Part shown: positions 1 to 9,126 of the stretch, piece by piece | Layout: every line of letters begins with the position of its first letter | Position numbering within the stretch: the first letter of the stretch is position 1 | Translations under genes and position numbers: made by a program | Source of the DNA: Octopus sinensis | Taxonomy: Eukaryota | Assembly (NCBI RefSeq): GCF_006345805.1 | Contig: NW_021825330.1 | Span: forward strand, 1 to 15,999 | Reading direction: 5' to 3' | DNA: 15,999 bases | The notes under the pieces: generated by a model | What the model was told of the DNA's origin: nothing | Seen by the model: only the letters and a program-made list of their open reading frames with translations | Databases searched by the model: none

Positions 1-688
1 CTTGCAATCATTACGCTAGAAGAATAAACCTCGCATCGAACTATTTATATCCGCTTTTCACAGCGGATTTCGGGAAGAAGATCGACTTCTGACATCGTGT
101 GGACCCCATAAATGGCATTGTTCCGCCATTCAAAAGTTCAAAAATGCGACATACATTCTTGGCATCGATATGTCAATGAATCCCTTGATAATCTTCTATC
201 CGATGATCAGGGCACTCTTATCAGAAACCTATCTATCGGTCAGGTACGAGACAAGTGCTCTAAACCATTTGAAACAACATCTGGAACATCTCAAGGGGAT
301 CCGTTATCTCCTATACTGTTTGTCATATATTTGGAAGCTGGCATTGAGAGAACTAAAACCATACTATGAAGGAAACGGATCAATGTGGTGGCTACGCGGA
401 TGACGTGGATTTTATTCTTCCGAAGGTGATGCCAATAGACTTGCTGAGTTGTTCCTCAATGTAAATTTGGAGAAAACAGAATTTACTGAACTAGCAAGAC
501 AGAAATCTAAGCTGGACGAACATTGGAAAAAGTAAAGAAACTCGGATCTCTATTGGAAGACGAAGATTGCGAAAAACACATGCAAACAGTGCACTACGCA
601 GCTTAAAGGAAAATTGGCTAAAACGCAAAGGATTCAGCACAAAAACCGGATAAGACTATACAATTCACTAGTGAAGCCAATACTTCTA
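1..688 (+). mobile_element. Non-LTR retrotransposon (RTE-like LINE) reverse transcriptase, 5' part, frameshifted; cut at 688 by the Tc1-bounded unit
   Basis: RT motifs across frames: HSGFR / RSTSDIVW (~60-105), LGIDMS (~160), GTSQGDPLSPILFVIYLE (ORF 112-369), YADD at 393-404 (tac gcg gat gac), LNVNLEKTEF, KKLGSLL, RIRLYNSLVKPILL ending at 688. Confidence 0.92.
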
Positions 689-870
689 CCTCCATGTAAT
701 AAAAAATCGGATTTTCAAGCATGTTTTTACTAGTATTTTTAAATGTATATCAATTTTTAAATTCTTTTCTGCAGTCGTTTGTTGTATTTTTTACTATTTT
801 TAAATTATAATGTATATTTGAATAACTGATCTTGATAAAATCTTAGCGTGTATTAAAAAACCGGATTTTT
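689..870 (+). repeat. Left IR/DR arm of Tc1 element 1 (outer and inner transposase-binding repeats)
   Basis: Outer CATGTAATAAAAAATCGGATTTT (~694-716) and inner CGTGTATTAAAAAACCGGATTTT (847-869), about 150 bp apart. Confidence 0.8.
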
Positions 871-959
871 TTTGATTAGTCTGTTGCTAAGCCAATTTTA
901 GGTATTGAAAAAATTGCTTGATAAAATCAATAAAGGAAAATTCTAGCTCTCATTCAATT

Positions 960-1900
960 AAATTGGACACCAAAGAAGATTGTTGAGGAGCTGATATCTA
1001 ACTTCGACTCTCAATGATTTTCTGAATAAGTTAAATAAAAAAAGGGACTGTTGATCGTATACCTGGTTCTGGAAGACCCAAAAGCTCTCTAACTTAGATA
1101 TTTGTAAACTTGTCAACATTGTGAAAAAAAATCCAAAAAAAACACTTGCCAACCTGAAAGAAGTCTTCGATTTTACAGGAAAGTTGTCTGCAAAAAAACA
1201 ATAAGCAATTATCTACATGAAATTCATTACAAAGCATGTGTGGTGTAAAGAAACTTTTTTTATCAAAAAAAATAGTGAACAATACGAGCTTTCAATAATC
1301 TTTTCTGCCATAAGCAATGAAACGTGGAGAACTGTTATATAGAGTGACAAGGCTTCCTTTGAAATTTTTTTCATCTAAAAAAAGAAAATTTTGCTTTAGA
1401 AACAAAATAGCCCTAAATTATCCCCATTTAACGCCAACTTTGAAGTTTGGTGGTGGAACAATTATGGTATGGGTTGTATCTCCTATCATGGAAAGGGGAA
1501 TTTGGTTATAGTAAATGAAAAAATAAATTCTTCTGCTGTATATATCAACATTTTAATAAATAATTTGTGGAAATCGGCAGATAAAATGGGGCTAAATCGT
1601 TTTTATTTTCAACAAGATTTGGCCTCCTGTCATAATTCACGGAGAACAAACAATTTTTGGATGAGAAAAAATTGAATTATTAAATTGGGCACCACATCAC
1701 CAGATTTGAACCCAATTGAACATTTGTGGAGCTACATAAAGGAAGAATTGAGTAAAAAAATGCTGCACAGTAAAAGGATTTATGCGAAAATATCATAAAA
1801 ATTTGGGACTAAATACCAATGGAATTTGTGAGAAAATTAACTGAAAGCATGCCAAGAAGAAGCATTGAGCTTTATAAGGCCACATGAGGACACATTAATA
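960..1900 (+). pseudogene. Tc1-family DDE transposase remnant (element 1), frameshifted
   Basis: PGSGRPK (~1062-1082), SDKASFEIF (first D, ~1343), TLKFGGGTIMVW, GCISYHGKGNL, FQQDLASCH (second D), SPDLNPIEHLW (E, ~1697-1730), ESMPRR. Confidence 0.9.
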
Positions 1901-1922
1901 TTAATCATTTTGACTTTTTTCT

Positions 1923-1940
1923 AATCCGGTTTTTTTACAC
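1923..1940 (-). repeat. Right inner DR of Tc1 element 1, with no outer DR after it locally
   Basis: AATCCGGTTTTTTTACAC is the reverse complement of the left inner repeat. The matching outer end appears only at ~9092-9124. Confidence 0.75.
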
Positions 1941-1962
1941 AGAAAAATTTAATTAAAATTAA

Positions 1963-2291
1963 ATCATCGAATTGATCGGCCCAATCATGCTGCATATTAT
2001 CAACGCAAAAACAAAGAGATCGCAGGGGAAAGTTCACAAATTCTCGAAAGGATTTCCCCCCTTGAAAGCCACCTAATTTCAGAATGATAAAGTAGTAATA
2101 GAATGATCACTTCCTAACTCTTCACAAAGAGTTGGAAAATTCGATGATTAAGTGTCGAGATCGAATATAGTTTATCACTTTTACAATAGTGTTTAGTGTT
2201 TTCTCTTAACGACGAACCATAGTTTTTGAACAAAGTGCATATTTGTGCCATGCACAATGTCTTGTAACAATATCAGGAACCAAATCCTTAA
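1963..2291 (-). pseudogene. Buster/ZBED-type hAT transposase 1, downstream part, truncated at ~1963
   Basis: Minus strand reads (R)IKDLVPDIVTRHCAWHKYALCSKTM (CxxH), LYHSEIRWLSRGEILSRICEL (RW motif) and HDWADQFDD, then stops with no hAT terminus. Confidence 0.85.
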
Positions 2292-2293
2292 TA

Positions 2294-3368
2294 CAGTGCT
2301 GGTAGAAAAAAACCGGTTTTGCAGTTACTAACTTTTTTTGGCAGATAGCATTTATTTTTTTTTACTGAATCGAACTCTTTGTAGTTGATTAGATTTATAT
2401 TTTTTTTATTTATAAAAAATTTCATTATCGTTTACAATTCGGATAATTTAAATTGTAGCGTGTGAATAAAAAACCGGTTCTCTTCGGAAGAGTATGTCAA
2501 CGCAAACCGTTGCTTTCGAAGAAAACATAATAAAAAGATGTGAATTGTCAAAAATTTTTATTCTGATGAACAATGATGCATGGAGGACTATTATTTTCTT
2601 TGATGATACATCTTTTCAGATTTTTCCTACTAAAAAAAGGCAATACTGTTATCAAAAAAAAGTTCATGTTATGAATTGAGTCATATAACGCCGACAGTAA
2701 AATTTGGTGGAGGTAGCGTTATAGTTTGGGGCTGTATTTCCTATCAAGGAGTGGGCGATTTAGTTTTTGTTAATGGAACACTCAATTCCGCTAAATATAT
2801 AAATGCAATAACGAATAATTTGTTTGTTTCGACGCGAAAAATGGGACTAAATCAGTTCACTTTCCAACAAGATTTGGCTCCCTGCCATCATCTGCATTGA
2901 CAACCAAGTTTTTAAGAAATAAATTCCAATTCTTGATTGGGCTCCGCAATCTCCAGACATGAACCCAATGGAACATGTTTGGAGCATGATGAAGCAGAAG
3001 TATTCTTTAGATCCTGCAAAAAATAAACTGGATCTGGAAGTCAAATTAACAAAAATTTGGAACGAATTGCCGTCTGAAAGTATTCAGAGTTAATGATAGC
3101 ATGCCTAAAAGGTCATAAGAGCTATTTATAATCGAGATACCACACAACATATTAACTGTTGATTTTGTTAACTCTTTTTGTTTAAAACCGGTTTTTTATT
3201 CACATGCAAAAATTTAAATTTTTAAAATTTCGGCCGATTTTGAAATTTTTTAAAAGAAAAAAGATTAATATATAATCAACTTCAAACTCTTTATTTCATT
3301 TAAAATTAATAGCTATCCGCCAAAAAAAGTTAGTAACTGCAAAACCGGTTTTTTTTCTACCAGCACTG
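2294..3368 (+). mobile_element. Tc1 element 2, internally deleted, 1,075 bp, inserted into hAT 1
   Basis: 56/57-bp TIRs CAGTGCTGGTAGAAAAAAACCGGTTTTGCAGTTACTAAC... (2294-2349, 3312-3368). TA at 2292-2293 and 3369-3370. Inner DRs near 2459-2478 and 3186-3207. Motifs IIFFDDTSF, TVKFGGGSVIVWGCISY, FQQDLAPCH, WAPQSPDMNPMEHVW. The hAT text on both sides joins as ...VTR|IKDLVP. Confidence 0.95.
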
Positions 3369-3370
3369 TA

Positions 3371-4147
3371 CGAGTAACAGTCCAGATTGATGACCAATCA
3401 TCGCAGGTGCACCATCATACATATAGATCCACTTTAATCCCATTGGATTTTATTCGTCTTCATAAATTGTCAAAATATTAAAGATGTCCTCTCCACGAGT
3501 GTGTCCATCCATCTCCAAACAAAATAAAAACTCATCAATAATATTCTCATCATCAACAAAGCGAACATAGGACACCAGCTGACAGACGTTAGAATGTCAG
3601 TTGACTCGTCCAATTGAATACTTATTCTTCATTTACTTTTATTGATTCTTTCAATTAATTGCTTCAGGATATTAGATGACAATTCTGAAATTCTACGGGA
3701 AATTGAATCGTTGGATAATGGTATGTCCTTTAAGTTTGGTAACTGCATCCGGACCAACAAAATCGAGCCATTTCAAGAGCCGCTGTTTTATTAACTTTTC
3801 ACCAGAATTATGTACAGCTTTGTTTTTTTTGCGATAATCATTGAGACCTATTTGTTTTTGATATAAATTAAAATTACAGCATATGATGCTTCTAATCTCG
3901 GTTTATCTGAGATTTATTAAACCACTCAAGCTTTGGCTGTGAATCAAACTTCGTTCTTTTGACTTTAAATATTCATGTGAGGAAGAATTTTTCTCTGGGT
4001 GTACAGACTCTTTGTGGCGCCTAAGTTGAGAAGGTTTTCAGTGAATTGTTTTCCCAAAATTCTATGGCAAATCATGCATTTTGCCTTTATTTCATTATTT
4101 GAGGCAATGAATTTAGTGAATCCAAACGTTGTTAGAATATTTTTCAT
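3371..4147 (-). pseudogene. Buster/ZBED-type hAT transposase 1, upstream part
   Basis: FGFT...KAKCMICHRIL (BED-like, ORF 3965-4147), LEASYA|VSMIIAKK, DIPLSNDSISRRISEL, SIQLDESTD, QLVSYVRFVD, FLFCLEM, DGAPAMIGHQSG. Confidence 0.88.
3848..3877 (-). other. 30-nt GT-AG intron in hAT transposase 1
   Basis: GTAATTTTAATTTATATCAAAAACAAATAG ends in an in-frame TAG. Removing it gives ASYA|VSMIIAKK, matching VSYAVSELVAK in the hAT at 11539-13716. Confidence 0.75.
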
Positions 4148-4427
4148 TTATTAAATATATAGATTATTGTTAATTTTAATAACGAATCTTATTAAATAGT
4201 ATAGATTTATTGTTAATTTTAAAAAATCGATAAAAAATTCATTAAATTTTATTATTTGATATCAATTTTTATTTATTTTTTTTGTAAGAAAGAAATTAAA
4301 GATAGCTAAGTCAATTTTCTTTGTTTTTCGATCTAATTTGTTTCAGACATTTCTTCCTAGTGAAAGCATTTTGAAAACATCTACGATTTGTAAAGAGGAA
4401 TATACTAACCCGGAAAGCATTTCATTA

Positions 4428-4523
4428 TGCTCATAATCCTCCTGTGTAATAAGTACAGCCAAATTGACAAAATGCACGTTCGTTGTGTTGGAAAGCATCA
4501 ATTGACTTGAAAAATGATTTCAG
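4428..4523 (-). repeat. 96-bp inverted copy of SKI3-like coding sequence 7372-7470
   Basis: Reverse complement CTGAAATCATTTTTCAAGTCAATTGATGCTTTCCAACACAACGAACGTGCATTTTGTCAATTTGGCTGTACTTATTACACAGGAGGATTATGAGCA aligns with 7372-7470 apart from a few indels and substitutions. Confidence 0.93.
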
Positions 4524-4545
4524 TAAGGAGGAATAATAAACAATA

Positions 4546-5930
4546 CAGTCCGACCCCCAAATGGGGCACCAAGTGCCCCAAATGCGGGGGTGCCCCAAAA
4601 CAGGGGTTTGTTATTTTTTTAAAAATTAAACCATTAATAAACATCAAAAAACATTTTTATTACTAAAATATTCAGTTATTTTCTTATTTGTAGAGTTTTG
4701 TCTGATATTGTTTCGTCAATTTCAGCCGAAAATCAAAAAAATCTCGGAGCATACTTGGTGCAACATTAGAAATTTTTTTCTTCTAAATTGTTAAGCGTCT
4801 TTTGTTTGTTTTTTTTGTTTTTGCTACGACATTTTCACTATTTTTCGGTTTCTGAATATGTATCATAAACATTATTGTTCATTCTTCGCATTCTCCATCA
4901 ATTGTTTTCGTTAACAACTTGATCTAAATGTTCATCTGTTAGACATTTTTTGTTGCATAAGAATCACGGTTCCTGTCGATTTTCTTCCACCAATTAACAA
5001 TACTTTTAGCATCTATTTTCTCCCATCCTTTTGAAATTAGCATCATAACCTGACGCAAATTTATTTACCAATAGAATGTGTAAAATCGTTTTCGAAATCT
5101 TGAAACATAAAATTCCATTAAGAAAGAGGAATAATAATCTTTAAAATCTTGATTATTCCCATATCCAAAGTTTGTAAATAGGGCGTTGTATTTTTCGGCA
5201 AAATAAAAATTCGATGTTCGAACATTCGGCAGTTTATGGCATCCCGCATTGTCAAGTATTAATAATATTTTTCTGTTGTTTTTGCAAAACGATTCATTTA
5301 TAATGTAAGCCACTCATAAAAGCTTTCCAGTCATCCATGCATTTTGAGAAGATGAATACAATAACCCAAAATCTTGAACATCAAAATTTTTTAGACACCG
5401 AGGTTTTTTATATTTTCCAATAATCATGGAAGGCCTGAAATCGGAATTTTATCTACGCGTAGTCTTTGAAATATTTCAAAGACTTGATCATCAATTTATC
5501 TTTATCGGCTTTAAATGTGTCATATTCCTCAGAAATAGTATTGCCGTGTTGCAAGAAAGGTACAATATTTCGTTTTTATTCTTGATATTGTTCCTTTACT
5601 TGTGTTGTACTTTTTTCATTAGTTTTGCCTCTCAGATAAATTTTTCTTCAAAATTTCTTTAGCAATCTTCATTTAGTTTCGTAATCCATACCACAACAAT
5701 AAAAATATAAATTGAAAATAAAACAAAAATAATTAATTTATTATAATTTTATTTTATTTTTAATTCCTATAAATGATTTTATGGTGCCCCAAAAATTCCA
5801 TAATTTTTTATCGATTTTTATTTTTTTTCTGCCAAAATGTACTTTGGAATAAAGTGCCCCAAATTGCGGGGTGCCCCAAAATCCGAGGGTGCCCCACCCC
5901 TGGGGTCTGCCCCATTTTGGGGTCGGACTG
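4546..5930 (-). mobile_element. pogo/Tigger-family DNA transposon, 1,385 bp, degenerate DDE_1 transposase
   Basis: TIRs CAGTCCGACCCC(C/A)AAATGGGGCA. TA at 4544-4545 and 5931-5932. Minus-strand motifs IIGKYKKPRCLKNF, YSSSQNAWMTGKL, RKILLILDNAGCH. GTGCCCCAAA subterminal repeats. Confidence 0.93.
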
Positions 5931-6243
5931 TAGCCCCTAATTATTTTGCATCAAAGTAATGCAATTCAGGGCTTCTCTCTAGGTTTTCAGGTTGTCTGCT
6001 ATTATTAGAAACTCTCTCAATGTAATTTCGGAAAAGCAGATTCTTAAAATTTTTACAAAATTGTCAGATTTGTTAAACAAGTAGTTTTTATGCCAAAATT
6101 TATTTTTATTAATCAAAATATTGGAAAATCTATTTAATTATTTTTTTAACATATTTATGGTTATATTTTCATAACATATTATCCTAAATAAAATAAAATA
6201 AATACGAAAGAGCTGGCTACAAACCTGGATTCTGAAACATTGA

Positions 6244-8696
6244 TTTAAAAATGCCGAAATGTACACAACCCGTGCCTACTCACACTGCTACAACACAACT
6301 GAAGGACTCTATTCTGCTTTTTTTCCTGTTTTTTTAGAAGCAGTCAAATTAGTTCCAAAGAAGCTCAATTTTCTTAAAATTTGAGATTTTTTCCAATATT
6401 TCATGAACGATTCAACCGTGCTTATTCTTGCTATGAAAGAGCCTACACTCGATTCCTTAGTACCAGAAATTGCCATTGCCTACCACGGAAGTAGCTTCGG
6501 TCTACTAAACAAAGATTCAAGTCAAAAATACCTTCAAAATTTCATTCGAAGTGATCTTTCTCCAGCAATGATCCCCGCACACTCCGCAGACTGGCAATAT
6601 TTTACATGTGCATGGATGAATACTCCAATCTCTGCGGATTTGTGACCTAGCAATTGACATTGACAAAGATTGTTTTCATTTTTGTAATGTTGAGGAACAG
6701 AACTGATTCGACTCAGTGGAATGAGTCTGACTTTTAACCACAAATCTTTTCTCGAAAAGTCTCAAGACATGCCCCAATGGAGGCTTTTAGTTAAACTGAT
6801 TATTACAATCTCTTCCCTCAAAAGCGGGACTTTGAAGAGATCGCCTCAACCCTCGAAGAATTGCTGAATTCAACCAACGAAGAATCGGAAGATTTGACGA
6901 TTTTTAAAGTCCTTTATGCTGAAGTTATGTGCTATTTTGGAGACGATTTGTTATCAAAAATCGTTTTTGGAAGCTTTTACATTTATACAATTGCTTTCGA
7001 AGTCTCTCCGTTTGTTTTTTATCCCAGGAAAGCAGAGATCAGAAAATAGTTCTGTTTTTATTTGGTTATTCTGCCTTTCGTCTTTCCAGCTATGTTTCCA
7101 CCCCGATTCTCCTCCTGGCCATGAAACTCTTCAGACATACGTCAAGTTGAGTATTTGGGCCTTTGGTCATTTGGCCATTATGACCAGGCTGTGTTCTGCG
7201 TTTTTATAACTGTGCTTTGGCTGCCTCATTTCTTTGGAGAATTAATGGAAATGAGAGTGCCCGTGATTTGTCCGTGGGGTGTGCAGTCTCCTCTGTTTGT
7301 GAGAGTGGTGGGAGTTCTGATCGTGGCTTCTTTTGGGGACTGTTGCTTACTTTTCAAGGATTACGTTCTCGCTGAAAAATCATTTTTCAAGTCATTGATG
7401 CTTCTCAACACAACGAACGTGCATTTGTCAATTTGGCTGTACTTTATTACACATGTGAGGATTATGAGCACTCCTTTCGTGTCATTGAAATGTCCAAGAA
7501 TGTTTCATTTTCTCGGGATAGTGAAATTATGTTAAAATTCTTCTAATGAAAGCGGGCACTTCAGATCATTGGGAATTTTTGATGGAATTGACAAGCATTG
7601 ATGGTAGCTATTAATGGCTTCAATCCATCAATTTTACCTATCGATTTTTTGCTGTGCACGTGCGACAAATTTGTGTTCGATATCCTGTTTTCAGAATGGA
7701 AAAAAAAATATTCCGTCTTGTATATCACTAAGGATTTATCTCCAGAGGATCAAGTCACCAAGGCCATTGAAGGTCTTTTTTATTATTTGGAGGCTCGACC
7801 CAACGATGCAATGGCTCAGTCTCTACTTGGGTCGTTCATGAATTTATTGGATTTCAAAACATCAGATGATCGGCATAAAATGGCTTTACAGCTCATCTCA
7901 GAAAAAAACGACGTATTTTCTCTCCGCCCCGAACAACTATCCAGCCTTGATTGTGAGGTTATATTTAACGCAATGAGAAGCCTTGTCGATTTGAGAATGA
8001 CTGGAGAATATATTTCTTCTTTGGTCTCATATCCGGGCACTAATCAATGCGAATTATTAAACGGATTTATTGGCTTGTACAACATTGGGGAGTACACTTC
8101 TGCACTGAATATATTAAATTTACTTCACCGTGATCCTTTCAGTTTTCGACTGCATGGAATTACTATTTTTAAATGTGGGAGACCAAATGATGCCCTTGAC
8201 TATTTGCTGAAGGTCAAATGTCCAGAATTAGTTTATGATATTTTCTATTTGTCCTTTCCTACTGAAAAATCAAGACTCTGCATATCAGGCATTCAAAATC
8301 ATTTTTGCCAAAAAGTCTTGAAGCTCTGTTTGTGAAGAGTTTATGGAAGTTCATGTCAGGAGACAGGTCCCCCATTTGTAATCTGGGTAATATACAACTT
8401 CGTTCTTTTTATAAAATGGGGAAGAATGATTTTATTCAGTATTATCTGGCACTATTATTATCCAATGAAGTGAGAATTGCAGACCTACCCATTTTTCGAC
8501 GTATGGTTGGTCAGTGTGAAAATCCACCGATGTGCTAGCCTCCACAGCTCTTGCAAGCTTTTCAGAAACATTATTACTTGTCTCCGCCTTAGTTCTTATT
8601 TTTATCGTTACTGAAATTTTTCTTTGTTTTATTATATATGGCTTCTTTTTTAATAAAGGCGTATTTATTACGATAATAAATACGCAATACAATTAG
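6244..8696 (+). CDS. SKI3: TPR-repeat protein resembling the central part of SKI3/TTC37 (SKI complex subunit); about 18-20 apparent 1-2 nt deletions; start and end approximate
   Basis: Frame-corrected segments match TTC37 motifs as I recall them, in order: FNRAYSCYERAY (KNRARGCYRKAF); LRRLAIFY (LRRGLYY); WLLLGTVAYFFKDYVLAEKSFFKSI (WNALGVVA...NYALAQHCFIKSI); NERAFVNLAVLYY (NAVAWTNLGVLYL); YYLEARPNDAMAQSLLG (KYVERIQNYAPAFTMLG); MTGEYISS (STGEYDKA). Longest clean ORF is 7598-8335 (245 aa). Orthology not verified by search. Confidence 0.65.
8659..8685. other. Perfect 12-bp hairpin with 3-nt loop
   Basis: GCGTATTTATTA-CGA-TAATAAATACGC. Confidence 0.9.
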
Positions 8697-8700
8697 CTAA

Positions 8701-8985
8701 TTAATTGTAATTTACTATAAGTTAATAAAGTCATCCATCCGAAGTGGACCCCGCCAACATAATTGACGTTGCGTTGCCTCTCACGATAGCAACGGAGATC
8801 AACTGGAGAAGCCACCGGGTCTCACTTGTGTCGTGGCTTTTTAATGTGACTAAGCGTCCAAGGTTCTTTAGGAAGTGAAGCGATTTCCCACTTATTCCTC
8901 CAGTTGTCTCGACCACAATCGGAACACGAATCGGTCTCGCAGCGCTTCATATTTTCTCTTCTTTGGCCTCAGCTAAACTTTAGCT
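8701..8985 (-). mobile_element. 5'-truncated CRE-clade-like non-LTR retrotransposon 3' end (C-terminus of the restriction-like endonuclease domain plus AT-rich tail)
   Basis: AEAK..KRKYEALRDRFVF.PIVVETTGGISGKSLHFLKNLGRL...WLLQLISVAIVRGNATSIM fits the K..KY...F.P..VET.G......FL..LG......QRISIAIQRGNA..I pattern of CRE-like elements. Confidence 0.7.
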
Positions 8986-9124
8986 GTGCAAAAAGATTAT
9001 TGAAAAATTATAAAAAGAAAAGTTACGAAGATTATCATTATAAATTAAAAAAAAGTCTAAAATTAAAAACAGAATATCAAAAAAATTAAGCATTCGAAAA
9101 TCCGGTTTTTTATTACATGGAGTG
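8986..9124 (+). repeat. Outer part of the right arm of Tc1 element 1
   Basis: Ends CATTCGAAAATCCGGTTTTTTATTACATGGAGTG|TA, inverse of 689-716. AT-rich spacer; no inner DR in this segment. Confidence 0.8.
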
Positions 9125-9126
9125 TA

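Larger units (their letters stand above)
689..9124 (+). mobile_element. 8,436-bp unit bounded by Tc1-family termini with a TA TSD, inserted in the LINE
   Basis: Left end TA|C-CTCCATGTAATAAAAAATCGGATTTTC (TA at 687-688). Right end reverse-complemented TA|CACTCCATGTAATAAAAAACCGGATTTTC (TA at 9125-9126). Flanks with one TA rejoin as CCA ATA CTT CTA TAT AAT GCC GGA AAT TGG = PILLYNAGNW. Confidence 0.9.

Noticed and set aside
641-651. AAAAACCGGAT in the LINE, resembling the Tc1 DR about 40 bp from the insertion site
   Set aside because: Only 11 bp, it is part of LINE coding sequence (KNRI), and a similar AAAAACCGGA occurs by chance near 15534 in the RTE.
4157-4222. ~23-bp direct repeat ATAGATT(T)ATTGTTAATTTTAA
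   Set aside because: A low-complexity local duplication upstream of hAT 1; no TIR or TSD is associated with it.
6403-7535. Tiny introns as the explanation for the frame breaks in the TPR gene
   Set aside because: The breaks are resolved by adding 1-2 nt, and protein similarity continues across them with no surplus GT-AG segment.
8432-8692. Minus-strand 86-aa ORF, and other opposite-strand ORFs such as 11950-12171, 12920-13177, 13903-14187 and 14200-14415
   Set aside because: They are antisense shadows of recognised genes with no motifs of their own.
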